A stretch of 53,115 nt of DNA from an uncultured PS1 clade bacterium (GCA_902533755.1 CACANC010000005.1:1-53115); one strand, 5' to 3'. Shown: positions 31,884 through 44,804, numbered from the stretch's first letter. The notes: generated by a model not told the origin, from the sequence alone. A program made the numbers and translations.

Positions 31884-33470
31884 ATGCTCTATTTTTCTCT
31901 TACAAAAAAAATATTAATTGTAGTTTTTTGTTCATTTTTAGGCTTATTAGCTCTTCCAAATTTTGTTGAATTAGATAAAGAAGTTCCGCTATTACCTAAA
32001 AATACCCTTAATTTAGGATTGGACCTACGAGGGGGATCTTATCTTTTATTAGAGGTTGATACTGAAACCATTAAAAAAGAAAAAGGAGAATTTTTATTAG
32101 ATGATATTCGTTCTGCTTTAAGAAAAAATAGGATCAAATATTCAAATTTAAAACTAATTAATGATGGTGTAAGTTTGATTATAATTAATGAAGAGCAGAT
32201 TAGTGAAGCAAAAAATATTATTAATTCAGTTGATCAAGGCGGATCAAATCTTTTTTTAAATCAAAGTGTATCTGAACTTAATATTACTAATTCAGAGAAT
32301 ATTTTTAACGTAACATTTACTGAAGACGCCTTAAGAAGTAAATATCGTTCTGCAGTTAATCAATCTATTGAGATTGTTCGAAGAAGAATTGATGGGTTAG
32401 GAGTAACAGAGCCATCCATTCAAAGACAAGGCAACAATAGAATTCTTCTTGAGGTTCCTGGACTTGATGATCCCAAGAGATTAAAAGATTTACTTGGTCA
32501 AACAGCAAAACTTAATTTTAGAATGGTTGATACATCAACTTCTGCTTCAGATGCTTTAAGAGGGAAGATTCCTCCAAGATCAGAAGTTATTTATGATAAA
32601 GATTCAATTCCATGGCTTGTTAACAAAAAAATATTAGTTTCAGGTGAGAGATTGGCTGATGCTCAGGCTAGTTTTGACCAAATGACAAATACTCCTGTCG
32701 TGAATTTTCGTTTTGATGTTGCTGGCGGAAAATCTTTTGCAAGAGCAACATCAGAAAATGTAGGAAGACCTTTTGCTATTGTTTTAGATGATCAAGTAAT
32801 TTCTGCTCCTACTATAAGGCAGCCTATTTTGGGAGGTTCAGGCCAAATTGAAGGTGGTTTTACTGTAGAAAGCGCAAATGATTTGGCGGTACTTTTAAGA
32901 GCAGGGGCTTTACCAGCTCCTTTAAATATTTTAGAGGAAAGAACAATTGGACCTGGTCTTGGTGCAGACTCAATTAACTCCGGGACAATAGCAACTATTA
33001 TTGGAATGCTTTTAGTTTTAGCATTTATTTTTCTTAGTTATGGAAGATTTGGTTTATATGCAAATATTGCTCTCACTCTAAATCTTGTTTTTATAGTTGG
33101 AGTATTATCTTTAATTCAAGCAACTTTAACTCTACCCGGTATAGCCGGAATAGTTCTAACCATAGGCATGGCAGTTGATGCTAATGTTATAATTTTCGAG
33201 AGAATTAGAGAAGAGTATGATAGTGGTAAAACACCTTTCTCTTCTGTCGAGGCAGGCTACAGCAGAGCATTCAGAACAATCTTAGACGCAAATATTACAA
33301 CACTAATTGCGTCATTAATCTTAATTTTTTTGGGAACAGGGCCCGTTAAGGGATTTGCGGTAACTTTATCAATAGGTGTTATTACATCATTTTTTACTGC
33401 TTTCGTGATCACAAGGTTAATTGTTGCGAATTGGCTTCTTAAAAGAAAACCTGAGGAGCTTCCAATATGA
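31884..33470 (+). CDS. secD: protein translocase subunit SecD
   Basis: LGLDLRGGSYLLLEV...LPAPLNILEERTIGPGLG and C-terminal TM segments. Confidence 0.95.
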   Translation: MLYFSLTKKILIVVFCSFLGLLALPNFVELDKEVPLLPKNTLNLGLDLRGGSYLLLEVDTETIKKEKGEFLLDDIRSALRKNRIKYSNLKLINDGVSLIIINEEQISEAKNIINSVDQGGSNLFLNQSVSELNITNSENIFNVTFTEDALRSKYRSAVNQSIEIVRRRIDGLGVTEPSIQRQGNNRILLEVPGLDDPKRLKDLLGQTAKLNFRMVDTSTSASDALRGKIPPRSEVIYDKDSIPWLVNKKILVSGERLADAQASFDQMTNTPVVNFRFDVAGGKSFARATSENVGRPFAIVLDDQVISAPTIRQPILGGSGQIEGGFTVESANDLAVLLRAGALPAPLNILEERTIGPGLGADSINSGTIATIIGMLLVLAFIFLSYGRFGLYANIALTLNLVFIVGVLSLIQATLTLPGIAGIVLTIGMAVDANVIIFERIREEYDSGKTPFSSVEAGYSRAFRTILDANITTLIASLILIFLGTGPVKGFAVTLSIGVITSFFTAFVITRLIVANWLLKRKPEELPI

Positions 33471-34375
33471 GTTCAATAAGGTGGATAAAAAAAGATCTAA
33501 AAATTAATTTTTTAAGAGTTAAAAATATTGCTACTATTTTATCTATATTAGCGATAATTTCTTCTTTGTTTTTTTTAGTTTATAAAAATCTTAATTTTGG
33601 CATCGATTTTAAAGGCGGAACTTTAATTGAAATAAAAAAAAATCCGGAACTATCAATCGCTGAAATAAGAAATCAATTATCTGAATTAAGTATCGGAGAT
33701 ATTCAGATTCAAACATTTGGTTCAGATGATATAATATTAATTAGAATTGAAAATTCTACAAATCTAACCACCAATGCTGACATGAGCTCTATAGAACTTA
33801 TTCGGTCAAGCTTGGGTAATGATGTAATTATTCAAAGAACAGAAATCGTTGGTCCTAAAGTTAGTTCTGAGTTGATTCAAAAAGGGATAATTGCAATCAT
33901 TATAGCCGTTCTCTTAATGCTTTTTTACATTTGGATAAGATTTGAATGGCAGTTTTCAATTGGGGCTGTAACTGCTCTTATCCATGATGTAATGATAACA
34001 ATGGGAATTTTTTCATTTCTTCAAATTGAATTTAATTTATCTATAATTGCTGCATTGCTAACCATTATTGGTTACTCAATGAATGATACCGTTGTTGTCT
34101 ATGATAGAATAAGAGAAAACCTTAGAAAATATAAGCAAATGAATATCTTTGATTTAATCAATCAATCCTTAAATGAAACTATGTCTAGAACTCTCCTTAC
34201 ATCCGTTACTACATTGTTAGCTCTTTTCTCATTATATTTTCTAGGAGGAGAGGTCCTTAAAGGCTTTACTTTAGCCATGATAATAGGCGTTTTTATTGGG
34301 ACATATTCCTCTGTTTTTATTGCCTCTCAGATAATCTTATATTTGAATGTAAAAAGAGATTGGTCAAAAAATTAA
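33467..34375 (+). CDS. secF: protein translocase subunit SecF
   Basis: LNFGIDFKGGTLIE...GYSMNDTVVVYDRIRE. Confidence 0.95.
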   Translation: MSSIRWIKKDLKINFLRVKNIATILSILAIISSLFFLVYKNLNFGIDFKGGTLIEIKKNPELSIAEIRNQLSELSIGDIQIQTFGSDDIILIRIENSTNLTTNADMSSIELIRSSLGNDVIIQRTEIVGPKVSSELIQKGIIAIIIAVLLMLFYIWIRFEWQFSIGAVTALIHDVMITMGIFSFLQIEFNLSIIAALLTIIGYSMNDTVVVYDRIRENLRKYKQMNIFDLINQSLNETMSRTLLTSVTTLLALFSLYFLGGEVLKGFTLAMIIGVFIGTYSSVFIASQIILYLNVKRDWSKN

Positions 34376-34439
34376 TTTTTAAATTGGTTATTTTTTTATA
34401 TAATAAATAATTATTAATGATTCTTTGGGGGAAGATATT

Positions 34440-35063
34440 ATGAGTTCTATTTTATCATCTTTAAGAAATACAGTAACAGCTGGATTCTTGTTAGCTTTTT
34501 TACTTATGTTCGTTTCTTTTATTACGACATATGGGTCTATAGATATAGGTGAGGGTTTTAAATATAACCCTTTTTGGATGTTTGTATTTAGATGGCTTCA
34601 TGTTTTATCGGGTGTAATGTGGATAGGTTTGCTATGGTATTTTAATTTTGTTCAGATACCAAATATGCCAAATATTCCTGACGATCAAAAACCTGCAGTC
34701 TCAAAAGTAATTGCCCCTGCTGCCTTATGGTGGTTCCGTTGGGGAGCTATGGCAACTATTATTACTGGTTTAATTTTAGGATATATAAATGGATATCTTC
34801 ACACAGCTATGACTTTGACGCTTATGGGTGGTGGATCACCTAATGAATTATTTATTGGCATTGGAATGTGGTTAGGTATAATAATGTGGTTTAATGTATG
34901 GTTTGTTATTTGGCCAAATCAAAAGAAAGCTCTAGGTATTGTTGAGGCCGATGCAGATGTTAAAGCAGCTTCAGCTAGAACAGCTATGTTATTTTCAAGA
35001 ACAAATACTATGTTAAGCATACCCATGCTTTTCAGTATGGTTATTGCACAAAATATTTATTAA
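34440..35063 (+). CDS. conserved integral membrane protein, tentatively related to the N-terminal membrane domain of PuuD-type urate hydroxylases
   Basis: About 5 TM segments. The motif RWLHVLSGVMWIGLLWYFNFVQIP recalls that family from memory and is unverified. The ATG at 34440 is preferred. Confidence 0.5.
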   Translation: MSSILSSLRNTVTAGFLLAFLLMFVSFITTYGSIDIGEGFKYNPFWMFVFRWLHVLSGVMWIGLLWYFNFVQIPNMPNIPDDQKPAVSKVIAPAALWWFRWGAMATIITGLILGYINGYLHTAMTLTLMGGGSPNELFIGIGMWLGIIMWFNVWFVIWPNQKKALGIVEADADVKAASARTAMLFSRTNTMLSIPMLFSMVIAQNIY

Positions 35064-35066
35064 TTG

Positions 35067-37931
35067 TTACTCGTATATTTCTTTAAGGAATTTACCAGTA
35101 TAGCTTTTTTTAGTTTTGATTATTTCCTCAGGCGTACCTTGGGCAACAATTAATCCTCCGTTATCGCCACCTTCTGGACCGACGTCAATAATCCAATCAG
35201 ATGTCTTAATTACATCAAGATTATGTTCTATTATAGCTACCGTATTGCCTTGATCCACAAGCTCATGTAAAACGCTTAGTAATTTTTTCACATCATGAAA
35301 ATGCAATCCAGTTGTTGGTTCATCAAGAACATAAAAAGTTCTTCCTGTTGCTTTTTTTGCAAGTTCTTTAGCCAATTTTATTCTTTGAGCTTCACCGCCG
35401 GATAATGTAGTGGCTTGTTGACCAACTTTTATATAACCAAGGCCAACTCTTTTTAATGTTTCCATTTTTTCTCTTATACTTGGAACAGCTTTAAAGAGTT
35501 CATGTGCTTCATCTACAGTCATCTCTAAAACATCAGAGATAGAGTTTTCTCTATATTTAATTTCTAGAGTCTCTCTGTTATATCTTTTCCCTTTGCATTG
35601 ATCACACTGAACATATACATCTGGAAGAAAATGCATTTCTATTTTTATTAAACCATCACCCTGACAAGCTTCACATCTTCCACCCTTAACATTGAATGAA
35701 AAGCGCCCAGGTTTATATCCTCTTGCCTTTGATTCAGGTAAACCACAAAACCAATCTCTTATAGGTGAGAATGCGCCAGTATAGGTAGCAGGATTTGACC
35801 TTGGGGTTCTACCAATTGGTGATTGATTGATGTTTATTATTTTATCAATTAAATGCATTCCATCTATTGAATCATACTTCATAGGTGAGTTTTGTGAGTT
35901 ATTTAAGGTCCTGTTCATGGCCCTATATAGGGTTTGAAATAGTAATGTTGATTTTCCAGATCCTGAAACACCAGTAACACAAATAAATCTTGCAAGAGGA
36001 AATTCTGCATTTATTTTTTTTAAATTATTACCTGATGCACCTTTAATTGTAATTTTTTTATCATTATCAATTTTTCTCTTTTTTCTTACTTCAATAGATT
36101 TTTTTCCTGAAAGGTATTGACCAGTGATGCTGTTTTTATTTTTTTTGATTTGCTCGATATTTCCTTCTGCAACTAAATGACCTCCATGAATACCTGCCTT
36201 TGGCCCAACATCAATAATATAATCTGCAAAGTTCATAGTTTCTTCATCATGCTCAACAATAATGACTGTGTTTCCAAGATCTTTTAGTCTTTTAAGTGTT
36301 GATAATAATTTCTTATTATCTCTTTGATGTAATCCTATTGAAGGCTCATCCAAAACATACAAAACACCTGTTAATCCTGACCCGATTTGAGAAGCCAATC
36401 TTATTCTTTGTGATTCACCTCCAGATAGAGTTCCCGATGTTCTTGAAAGAGTTAAATACCCTAAACCAACATTCTCCAAAAAAGATAATCTTTCCATAAT
36501 CTCTTTGATGATATTTTTAGCAATTTCTTTTTCTTTTTTATTTAATTTTTTTTCTAGCTTAACAAACCAATTTTTAGCATCTTTTATGCTTAATGAGGTT
36601 ACTTGACCTATATGCATATTGTTAATTTTTACACTTAAAGCTTCATCATTTAATCTATAGCCAGAACAACTTTCACAATCTGAAATAGATTGAAATTTTT
36701 CTATCTCATTCCTCATCCAACTACTATCAGTTTCAAGATATCTTCTTTTTAAATTATTAATTATGCCCTCAAAAGGTTTTTTAGTTTTAAAAGTTCTTGA
36801 ACCATCATCATATAGAAACTCTATTTCATCATTTTCAGATCCATTGAGAATTATATTTTTAAAATCTTTTGGTAGATCTTTCCATTTAATATCTAAGGAG
36901 ACATTGTAATGATTTGATAAGGCAAATAATGTTTGAAAATAATAGGGTGAGGGCGTAGATTTTTTTGACCAAGGAGCAATAGCACCATCATTTATACTTA
37001 AATTTTTATCTGGAATAACTAATTCTTCATCAATGAAATATTGTGTTCCGAGCCCATCACACTTATTGCATGCCCCTTTAGGGTTATTAAAGGAAAAAAG
37101 TCTTGGCTCTATCTCTTCAATAGTAAAACCAGATACTGGACATGCATAATTAGCAGAAAATAATATTCTTTCAGCTTCCTCTTTTTTGTTGCTTTGAATT
37201 TCTATTACAGCTAATCCATCTGATAATGTGGTAGCTAACTCAAAACTATCAGCTAATCTTGATTTAATTTCATCATTAATAACGAGTCTATCCACCACAA
37301 CATCAATATTATGTTTAAAATTCTTTTTTAGGTTTGGGACATCTGAAATTTCATAAAATTCACCATCAACCTTAACTCTTTGAAAGCCTTTTTTTAGTAG
37401 CTCAGAAAATTCCTTTCTGTATTCACCTTTTCTTTCTCTTATGATTGGGGCTAGTAAATATACCTTACTATTTTTTTTTAACTTTAAAGCCTGATCAACC
37501 ATTTCAGTTATAGTTTGGCTTTTAATTGGGAGGCCAGTCTCAGGTGAATGAGGAATACCTATTCTTGCAAACATTAATCTTAAGTAATCATGAATTTCTG
37601 TTACCGTCCCAACAGTAGATCTAGGATTGCGTGAAGTGGTTTTTTGTTCAATAGATATCGCTGGCGATAGTCCTTCAATTTGATCAACATCAGGTTTTTG
37701 CATCATTTCCAAAAATTGTCTTGCATACGCAGATAAACTTTCAACATATCTTCTTTGACCTTCAGCATATATTGTATCGAAAGCTAAGGATGATTTACCA
37801 GATCCTGATAAACCAGTAATTACTGTAATTTCCTCCTTAGGTATGTTAACGCTAAGGTCTTTTAGATTATGCTCTCTAGATCCATAAACTTTAATAAATT
37901 TCTTGGAGTTTTTTTTAGATACTTCTCTCAC
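35067..37931 (-). CDS. uvrA: excinuclease ABC subunit A
   Basis: 954 aa, two ABC modules ([14 protein letters not shown]; [10 protein letters not shown]) and zinc-finger Cys clusters. Confidence 0.97.
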   Translation of the reverse strand: MREVSKKNSKKFIKVYGSREHNLKDLSVNIPKEEITVITGLSGSGKSSLAFDTIYAEGQRRYVESLSAYARQFLEMMQKPDVDQIEGLSPAISIEQKTTSRNPRSTVGTVTEIHDYLRLMFARIGIPHSPETGLPIKSQTITEMVDQALKLKKNSKVYLLAPIIRERKGEYRKEFSELLKKGFQRVKVDGEFYEISDVPNLKKNFKHNIDVVVDRLVINDEIKSRLADSFELATTLSDGLAVIEIQSNKKEEAERILFSANYACPVSGFTIEEIEPRLFSFNNPKGACNKCDGLGTQYFIDEELVIPDKNLSINDGAIAPWSKKSTPSPYYFQTLFALSNHYNVSLDIKWKDLPKDFKNIILNGSENDEIEFLYDDGSRTFKTKKPFEGIINNLKRRYLETDSSWMRNEIEKFQSISDCESCSGYRLNDEALSVKINNMHIGQVTSLSIKDAKNWFVKLEKKLNKKEKEIAKNIIKEIMERLSFLENVGLGYLTLSRTSGTLSGGESQRIRLASQIGSGLTGVLYVLDEPSIGLHQRDNKKLLSTLKRLKDLGNTVIIVEHDEETMNFADYIIDVGPKAGIHGGHLVAEGNIEQIKKNKNSITGQYLSGKKSIEVRKKRKIDNDKKITIKGASGNNLKKINAEFPLARFICVTGVSGSGKSTLLFQTLYRAMNRTLNNSQNSPMKYDSIDGMHLIDKIININQSPIGRTPRSNPATYTGAFSPIRDWFCGLPESKARGYKPGRFSFNVKGGRCEACQGDGLIKIEMHFLPDVYVQCDQCKGKRYNRETLEIKYRENSISDVLEMTVDEAHELFKAVPSIREKMETLKRVGLGYIKVGQQATTLSGGEAQRIKLAKELAKKATGRTFYVLDEPTTGLHFHDVKKLLSVLHELVDQGNTVAIIEHNLDVIKTSDWIIDVGPEGGDNGGLIVAQGTPEEIIKTKKSYTGKFLKEIYE

Positions 37932-38023
37932 AGTTTTTCCTGTATTTAAATCAAAATAACTTATATCATAAGATTTTATGCTATCTATATCTTTTTAAAA
38001 AAAGTCATTAAATTGGAGTTATT

Positions 38024-38470
38024 ATGTCAGGAAGTTTAAATAAAGTGATGCTAATTGGTAGGTTGGGACAGGACCCAGAAGTCAGAAATACCCAAGATGG
38101 AAGATCATTATGTACCTTTTCTATTGCTACAAGTGAATCTTGGAACGATAAAAATACTGGTGAAAAAAGAGAAAAAACTGAATGGCATCGTGTAGTAGTG
38201 TTTAATGAAGGTTTGGTTAATATTATTCAACAATATGTAAAAAAAGGTTCAAATGTCTTTATTGAAGGTCAACTTCAAACTCGTAAATGGGAAGATAAAG
38301 ATGGTATCGAAAAATATACTACTGAAGTAGTGCTTCAGGGTTTTAATTCAACTTTTAAAATGCTTGATAATAGAAATTCTGGTTCAGTTGATAATAATTT
38401 CTCACAGGATAATGCAATTTCAGACTCTAATAATTTTGACTCTGAAATCGACGATGATATTCCCTTCTAA
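38024..38470 (+). CDS. ssb: single-stranded DNA-binding protein
   Basis: LNKVMLIGRLGQDPEVR...TEWHRVVVF and an acidic tail DDDIPF. Confidence 0.95.
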   Translation: MSGSLNKVMLIGRLGQDPEVRNTQDGRSLCTFSIATSESWNDKNTGEKREKTEWHRVVVFNEGLVNIIQQYVKKGSNVFIEGQLQTRKWEDKDGIEKYTTEVVLQGFNSTFKMLDNRNSGSVDNNFSQDNAISDSNNFDSEIDDDIPF

Positions 38471-38593
38471 CTTATTGATTATTAATAACTAATAGTTATA
38501 AAATAACATATTAATATTTTGTAGATATAGCCATAAAATGGTAAAATATCCCTTTAAGAATCAATATTTGATTCGTGTTTAAAGGCGAGGTAA

Positions 38594-41311
38594 ATGTCAG
38601 ATACAACTGACGAAGATCCAATTGATAGCAAGGATATCTCTAATACTAATTTAGATCAGGAAATGCGTCAGTCATATCTAGATTACGCAATGAGCGTTAT
38701 AGTATCTAGAGCCTTACCAGATGCCCGTGATGGTTTAAAACCAGTTCACAGAAGAATTCTTTATGCAATGCATGAAGATGGGTATGATTACAATAAGCAA
38801 TATAGAAAATCTGCAAGAGTTGTTGGTTCAGTTATTGGTAAATACCATCCCCACGGTGATCAAAGTATCTATGATGCACTTGTAAGAATGGCTCAACCTT
38901 TTTCGCTTCATCTACCATTAGTTGATGGACAAGGGAATTTTGGCTCTGTCGATGGCGATCCACCAGCTGCAATGAGATATACAGAAGTAAGGATGGAAAA
39001 AATTGCTCATCACCTTCTTAATGACATCAATTTAGATACAGTAGATTTTCAAGAAAACTATGATAACTCTGAAAGTGAGCCTATTGTTCTGCCTGCCGAA
39101 TTTCCAAATCTACTTGTAAATGGTGCTGGCGGAATTGCTGTAGGTATGGCTACAAATATTCCTCCTCATAATTTAAATGAAATTACAGAAGCATGTATGT
39201 TTATGATTGATAATCCTGAGACTGATGATCAAGAAATGGATCAAAGATTATGTGAAATTGTTCCAGGTCCTGATTTTCCAACTGGAGGAATAATTTTAGG
39301 TAAAAGTGGCGCTAGAAGCGCTTATACAACTGGAAGGGGTTCGGTGGTAATTAGGGCTAAAGTAGAAATTGAGGAAATACGTAAGGATAGAGAGGCGCTA
39401 ATTGTTACAGAAATACCATATCAGTTAAATAAGGTACTACTAATACAGAAGATTGCTGATTTAGTAAGAAATAAAACAATTGAAGGTATATCTGATTTAA
39501 GGGATGAAAGCGATCGTCATGGAATGCGAATAGTTATAGAACTAAAACGTGACTCAGTCGCAGAAGTAATTTTAAATCAACTTTATAAATTTACTCAACT
39601 TCAAACTTCATTTGGCGCAAACATGGTTGCTTTAGATAAAGGAACCCCTAAGCCAATGAAGTTAAGAGAAATGCTTGCTTGTTTTATTGATTTTAGAGAA
39701 GAAGTTGTAACGCGAAGATTAAAATTTAAATTAAACAAGGCTAGAGATAGAGCCCATCTCTTGGTTGGCCTAGCTATTGCAGTTTCAAATATAGATGAAA
39801 TTATAAAACTTATCCGATCTTCTAAATCACCTGCTGAGGCAAGAGAGGATTTAATGGATCGTGAATGGCCCGCCAAAGATGTTAAATCACTTATAAAGCT
39901 AATTGATGATCCTAGACATGGTATTACTGCTAAGGGCAATTGTTCATTTACTGAAGAGCAGGCCAGAGCAATTTTAGAACTAAGACTTCAAAGATTAACT
40001 GCGATGGGTATTGACGAAATCAAATCAGAATTAGATGATTTAAAAGGAACAATAGAAGATTTACTGTCTACTCTGGGTGATAAAAGTAAAATTTATGACA
40101 TAATTAAAGATGAGTTAACTTATGTTAAAGATAACTTTGCCGTTGAAAGAAGAACAGAAATCCTTGGGGAATTGGATGATGTTGAAGATGAAGATTTAAT
40201 AAAGAAGGAAGATATGGCTGTTACTGTTACCAGATCAGGCTATATCAAGCGTGTACCTTTATCAACTTATAGAGCTCAAAATAGAGGCGGTAAAGGTAGA
40301 GCAGGCATGCAAACAAAAGATGATGATTTTGTGAGACATATTTTTATTTCTAATACTCATCAACCAATTTTATTTTTTTCATCGAAAGGAATGGTTTACA
40401 GATTAAAGACATGGAAATTACCACTTTCTAGCCCTCAAGCAAAAGGAAAGGCCATGGTTAATCTTCTTCCGTTGGATGAAGACGAGAGAATAACAACAGT
40501 AATGTCTTTACCGGAAAATCAAGATGAATGGGAAGATTTATATGTAATATTTGCAACTTCCTCTGGCGGCATAAGAAGAAATTCATTAGCAGATTTTTGG
40601 CGTATTAATAAAAATGGTAAAATTGCCATGAAGTTAGATTCTAAAGAAAGAATTATTTCTGTTCAAACATGTACAGAAGATAACGACATACTTTTAGCAA
40701 GTAAGAAAGGCCAAAGCATTAGGTTTAATGTAGATAAAGTTAGAGTATTTGCGTCTAGATCTTCTACAGGCGTTAGAGGTATTAGATTATCAAAAAATGA
40801 CAGTGTTGTTGGTATGGCGGTATTAAACAGAGTAAAAGCATCAAATGATGAGCTTAGGGCTTATCTAAAGATGTCATCTATGATGCGTAAAGCGACAACA
40901 GATGATAGCAATGATGATGATGATCTGGACTTTGAAGGAAATGATATAGAGCTTTCAACAGAAAGGTATTCAGAATTAGCTGCAAGTGAAGAAATAATTC
41001 TAACCGTTGCTTCTAATGGACAAGGAAAAAGATCTTCTGCATATGAGTATAGAACTACAAACAGAGGTGGGAAGGGTGTTATAGGAATTAAAATGACTAA
41101 ATCACATGGTGATTTGGTTGCTTCCTTTGTAGTTGATGAAAATGATCAAATTATGCTTATAGATAATAGCGGAAAATTAATTAGATGTCCTATTACAGAT
41201 ATAAGAATAATGGGAAGAACAACTCAAGGTGTTAAAATATTTAATATAGACAAAAATGCACATGTTGTTAGTGTAGAAAGAATTTTCGAAAGTGAGGGAG
41301 AGGAAGAATGA
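38594..41311 (+). CDS. gyrA: DNA gyrase subunit A
   Basis: 905 aa with [38 protein letters not shown], and a C-terminal beta-pinwheel containing a GyrA-box-like [10 protein letters not shown]. Confidence 0.96.
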   Translation: MSDTTDEDPIDSKDISNTNLDQEMRQSYLDYAMSVIVSRALPDARDGLKPVHRRILYAMHEDGYDYNKQYRKSARVVGSVIGKYHPHGDQSIYDALVRMAQPFSLHLPLVDGQGNFGSVDGDPPAAMRYTEVRMEKIAHHLLNDINLDTVDFQENYDNSESEPIVLPAEFPNLLVNGAGGIAVGMATNIPPHNLNEITEACMFMIDNPETDDQEMDQRLCEIVPGPDFPTGGIILGKSGARSAYTTGRGSVVIRAKVEIEEIRKDREALIVTEIPYQLNKVLLIQKIADLVRNKTIEGISDLRDESDRHGMRIVIELKRDSVAEVILNQLYKFTQLQTSFGANMVALDKGTPKPMKLREMLACFIDFREEVVTRRLKFKLNKARDRAHLLVGLAIAVSNIDEIIKLIRSSKSPAEAREDLMDREWPAKDVKSLIKLIDDPRHGITAKGNCSFTEEQARAILELRLQRLTAMGIDEIKSELDDLKGTIEDLLSTLGDKSKIYDIIKDELTYVKDNFAVERRTEILGELDDVEDEDLIKKEDMAVTVTRSGYIKRVPLSTYRAQNRGGKGRAGMQTKDDDFVRHIFISNTHQPILFFSSKGMVYRLKTWKLPLSSPQAKGKAMVNLLPLDEDERITTVMSLPENQDEWEDLYVIFATSSGGIRRNSLADFWRINKNGKIAMKLDSKERIISVQTCTEDNDILLASKKGQSIRFNVDKVRVFASRSSTGVRGIRLSKNDSVVGMAVLNRVKASNDELRAYLKMSSMMRKATTDDSNDDDDLDFEGNDIELSTERYSELAASEEIILTVASNGQGKRSSAYEYRTTNRGGKGVIGIKMTKSHGDLVASFVVDENDQIMLIDNSGKLIRCPITDIRIMGRTTQGVKIFNIDKNAHVVSVERIFESEGEEE

Positions 41312-41790
41312 AGATAGCTGTTTATCCAGGTTCCTTCGATCCATTTACCTTAGGTCATAAAGATATATTATTAAGAAGTTCAAGGATTTTTGATAAAGTT
41401 ATAGTTGCCATTGGCGAGAACCACGGTAAACAAAATCTTTTTACTATTGAAGAAAGAATTAAAGATATATTTAATGAAATCAATGATATAGGAATTAAAG
41501 ATAATGTTTTAGTTGAATCTTTTAGTGGTTTAATAGTTGATTTTGCAAGATCTAAAAATGCTAATATTTTAATTAAGGGTGTAAGAGGTCCGGTAGATTA
41601 TGACTATGAATTACAGATGGCAGGAATGAATTCAACCATGAATCCTGATATCGAGACTATTTTTCTTATATCAAGACCTGAATTTAGCTACATTTCTTCA
41701 TCTTTAGTTAAGCAAATTGCCTTAATGAAAGGTGATTATTCAAGTTTTGTTAGTCCAATCATTGAGAAATCTATTAAAAGTAAAATATAA
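41308..41790 (+). CDS. coaD: pantetheine-phosphate adenylyltransferase
   Basis: [19 protein letters not shown]...ISSSLVKQI. Confidence 0.94.
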   Translation: MKIAVYPGSFDPFTLGHKDILLRSSRIFDKVIVAIGENHGKQNLFTIEERIKDIFNEINDIGIKDNVLVESFSGLIVDFARSKNANILIKGVRGPVDYDYELQMAGMNSTMNPDIETIFLISRPEFSYISSSLVKQIALMKGDYSSFVSPIIEKSIKSKI

Positions 41791-41791
41791 A

Positions 41792-42367
41792 ATGCCTATA
41801 ATTAATAGTTTTTCAATACTTAGTTTCTTTTTATTTTTTATGGGGATGCCAATGTCAGATATAAATGCAGAGAATATTAAATCTCAAAATCTAGTGATGG
41901 AAGTAACACAGAATTCAGAAATAACAGATCCCTCTGAGAATCCTCCAATTGGTAAGGTTGTTATAAAGCTCTACCCAGATGTAGCCCCTAAACATGTTGC
42001 ACAAATTACAATGTTGGCTAAAGAAGGTTTTTATGACGATATAATTTTTCATAGAGTTATTGAAGGTTTTATGGCGCAAACCGGTGATCCTACTGGAACA
42101 GGTATGGGTGGTTCAGATCTGCCAGACATAAGAGCAGAATTTAGTGATGAACCATTTGTAAGAGGAACTTTAGGTATGGCTCGATCACAACATCCAGATA
42201 GCGCAAACTCACAATTTTTTATTTGTTTTGAAGAAGCTTCATTCTTAAATGGTCAATACACTGTTTTTGGAAAAGTAGTTGAAGGAATGGATTATATAGA
42301 CAAAGTTATGCGCGGTGAACCACCTGACTACCCTGATAAAATAGTATCAATGATGTTGTCTGATTAG
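41792..42367 (+). CDS. ppiB: cyclophilin-type peptidyl-prolyl cis-trans isomerase, probably exported
   Basis: FHRVIEGFMAQTGDPTGTGMGGS...ANSQFFI. Hydrophobic N-terminus. The ATG at 41792 immediately follows the coaD stop. Confidence 0.9.
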   Translation: MPIINSFSILSFFLFFMGMPMSDINAENIKSQNLVMEVTQNSEITDPSENPPIGKVVIKLYPDVAPKHVAQITMLAKEGFYDDIIFHRVIEGFMAQTGDPTGTGMGGSDLPDIRAEFSDEPFVRGTLGMARSQHPDSANSQFFICFEEASFLNGQYTVFGKVVEGMDYIDKVMRGEPPDYPDKIVSMMLSD

Positions 42368-42372
42368 GGTTT

Positions 42373-43419
42373 ATGTTTCTTAAAGATTTTTCCTTTGAAC
42401 TACCTGAGGATTTAATAGCAGTTAAGCCAGTCTTTCCAAGAGACTCATCTAAATTACTTGTTTTAAAATCTCTTAACTCTTATCAAAATTGTCTATTTTC
42501 TGATATCTGCGATTATTTATTACCCGGAGATTTATTGGTGGTTAATAATACTAAAGTTAATGCTTCTAAAATTATAGGTATAAAAAAAGACACAAAATCA
42601 AAAATAGAATTTACTTTCATTTCCAACGAAAAAAATGGTGTTTGGTTATGCTTTGCCTTACCAGGAAAAAAAGTTTCTATAGGTAATTTATTTGTTTTTA
42701 GAGATGTTGAGGGAAAAGTCATTAATAAAGACAAAGAAAAGATATATATAGATTTTGGAACTAAAAATAATGAATTTACAGCCATTCTTACATCTTTTGG
42801 TGAAATTACACTTCCTCCATATATATCAAAGTTAAGAAAGTTTGAAGATCAAGATAATGAAGATTATCAAACCATATATGCACAAAAAAGAGGTTCAATA
42901 GCTGCTCCAACAGCAGGACTTCATTTTACAGATAATCTTCTAAAAAAAATTAAAAGAAAAAAAATTGATATTGAGAGTATTACTTTGAATATTGGTCCAG
43001 GCACATTTTTGCCTTTAAGGAATGACAAGGTTGAGGATAATAATTTACATTCAGAAAAATTTTATATTTCTGAGGAATCATCAGGTATTCTTAATGATGC
43101 ATATCATAATAAAGAGAGGAGGATTATATCTGTTGGAACAACTTCTCTAAGAGCTCTAGAGTCTTCCTTTGACAGTAAAAATTTTTTTAAACCTTTAGAT
43201 ACATCTACTAATATATTTATTTATCCTGGTAAAAAAATTAAATCAATTGATGGCTTGATAACAAACTTTCATTTACCTCAATCATCACTTTTTTTGTTAA
43301 TATGCGCCTTAATAGGTAAGAAAACAGCATTAGATATGTATAATTATGCTATAGAAAACAAATATAGATTCTACTCTTATGGAGATGCATGTTTTTTATT
43401 AAATAAAAATTATGGATAA
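42373..43419 (+). CDS. queA: S-adenosylmethionine:tRNA ribosyltransferase-isomerase
   Basis: FDFELPEDLIA-type N-terminus (FSFELPEDLIAVKP), GSIAAPTAGLHFT, VGTTSLRALES. Confidence 0.94.
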   Translation: MFLKDFSFELPEDLIAVKPVFPRDSSKLLVLKSLNSYQNCLFSDICDYLLPGDLLVVNNTKVNASKIIGIKKDTKSKIEFTFISNEKNGVWLCFALPGKKVSIGNLFVFRDVEGKVINKDKEKIYIDFGTKNNEFTAILTSFGEITLPPYISKLRKFEDQDNEDYQTIYAQKRGSIAAPTAGLHFTDNLLKKIKRKKIDIESITLNIGPGTFLPLRNDKVEDNNLHSEKFYISEESSGILNDAYHNKERRIISVGTTSLRALESSFDSKNFFKPLDTSTNIFIYPGKKIKSIDGLITNFHLPQSSLFLLICALIGKKTALDMYNYAIENKYRFYSYGDACFLLNKNYG

Positions 43420-44518
43420 ATTTAAGTTTAAAGTATTAAAAAAAGATGGCTATGCCCGCAAAGGTCTTATTGAAACCAAAAGAGGCAATATTAAAACACC
43501 TGCATTTATGCCTATAGCTACTCAAGGGGCAGTTAAGTTTACTCCGATAGAGTTTATAGAACAGATTGGATATGAATTAACGCTCTCAAATACCTATCAC
43601 TTATTATTAAGACCTGGATTAGAAAAGCTTTCTAGTATTGATGGTATTTCAGAGTTTATGGGATGGAATAAGCCCGTGTTAACAGACTCTGGAGGCTTTC
43701 AGGTGATGTCTCTATCAAAATTAAGAAAAATATCTGAAGAGGGAGTAAAATTCCAATCTCATATTGATGGAACATCACATTTTTTGACTCCTGAAAATGT
43801 AATTGATTATCAGAATATAATTAAGTCTGATATTCAAATGGTTTTAGATGAATGCATTCAATACCCCGAAACTTACGAAAATGTTAAAAAGTCAATGGAG
43901 CTGTCACTCAGATGGGCTGAGAGATCCAGAAAATATTATAATGAAAATAAAATTTATGGAGCTCAATTTGGAATAATTCAAGGAGGTGTATTTGAAGATT
44001 TAAGAGAGATATCAATTTCTGAAACAGTTAATTTTGATTTTGAGGGATATGCTATCGGCGGACTAGCTGTTGGTGAAGGTCATAAAAAAATGATTGAGGT
44101 TGTTGATTATACTGCTCCTCAATTACCTGAAGATAAGGTGAGATATCTGATGGGGGTTGGAAAACCTAATGATATTATTGAGGCAGTTTATAGAGGTATT
44201 GATATTTTTGATTGTGTTATCCCAACCAGAGAAGGAAGACATGGTATCGCTTATATTGGTTCTAGCTCTATTAATATAAAGAATTCTAAATTTGAGAATG
44301 ATTTAACTCCGTTAGATAAAGGCAGTGATTACTTTGTTTCAAAAAAATATTCAAAAAGTTATTTAAATCATTTGTTAAAAATTAAAGACCCTTTAGGACC
44401 AATGTTAATTTCTCTTCATAATCTTAATTATTACTTCAATTTGATGACTGATCTAGGAATATCCATTGAAGAAGGTAGATTAGATAGTTTTCGAGAAGAT
44501 TTTTATAAGGATAATTAA
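43412..44518 (+). CDS. tgt: tRNA-guanine transglycosylase
   Basis: TPAFMPIATQGAVK...LTDSGGFQV...GGLAVGE. Confidence 0.95.
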   Translation: MDKFKFKVLKKDGYARKGLIETKRGNIKTPAFMPIATQGAVKFTPIEFIEQIGYELTLSNTYHLLLRPGLEKLSSIDGISEFMGWNKPVLTDSGGFQVMSLSKLRKISEEGVKFQSHIDGTSHFLTPENVIDYQNIIKSDIQMVLDECIQYPETYENVKKSMELSLRWAERSRKYYNENKIYGAQFGIIQGGVFEDLREISISETVNFDFEGYAIGGLAVGEGHKKMIEVVDYTAPQLPEDKVRYLMGVGKPNDIIEAVYRGIDIFDCVIPTREGRHGIAYIGSSSINIKNSKFENDLTPLDKGSDYFVSKKYSKSYLNHLLKIKDPLGPMLISLHNLNYYFNLMTDLGISIEEGRLDSFREDFYKDN

Positions 44519-44694
44519 TCTTGTGAGGACTCTTTGCTGTCTTCTTTATCAATTTTAGCGGCTTTTACGCATTCTTCTCTTTCAACTCCCGCAGCTGTGC
44601 AAATTAATTCACCTGCAACAGGAATTTCCTCTTTTACTGACGAACAAGAAGTTAACAGTAAAAAAACAAATAAAGAAAAAAAATAGCTTTTCAT
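44515..44694 (-). CDS. small lipoprotein
   Basis: MKSYFFSLFVFLLLTSCSS lipobox. The track ORF extends to 44721; the ATG at 44694 gives a canonical signal peptide. Confidence 0.6.
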   Translation of the reverse strand: MKSYFFSLFVFLLLTSCSSVKEEIPVAGELICTAAGVEREECVKAAKIDKEDSKESSQD

Positions 44695-44804
44695 AAATGC
44701 CCTCTTTTTTGAAATTAGCATATTTAAATGAAATTCAAAATATCTTAATTTTAATCGATTTTATTTGATTTGACCTTAGCAAACATTTAAAAGGTATCTT
44801 GTGT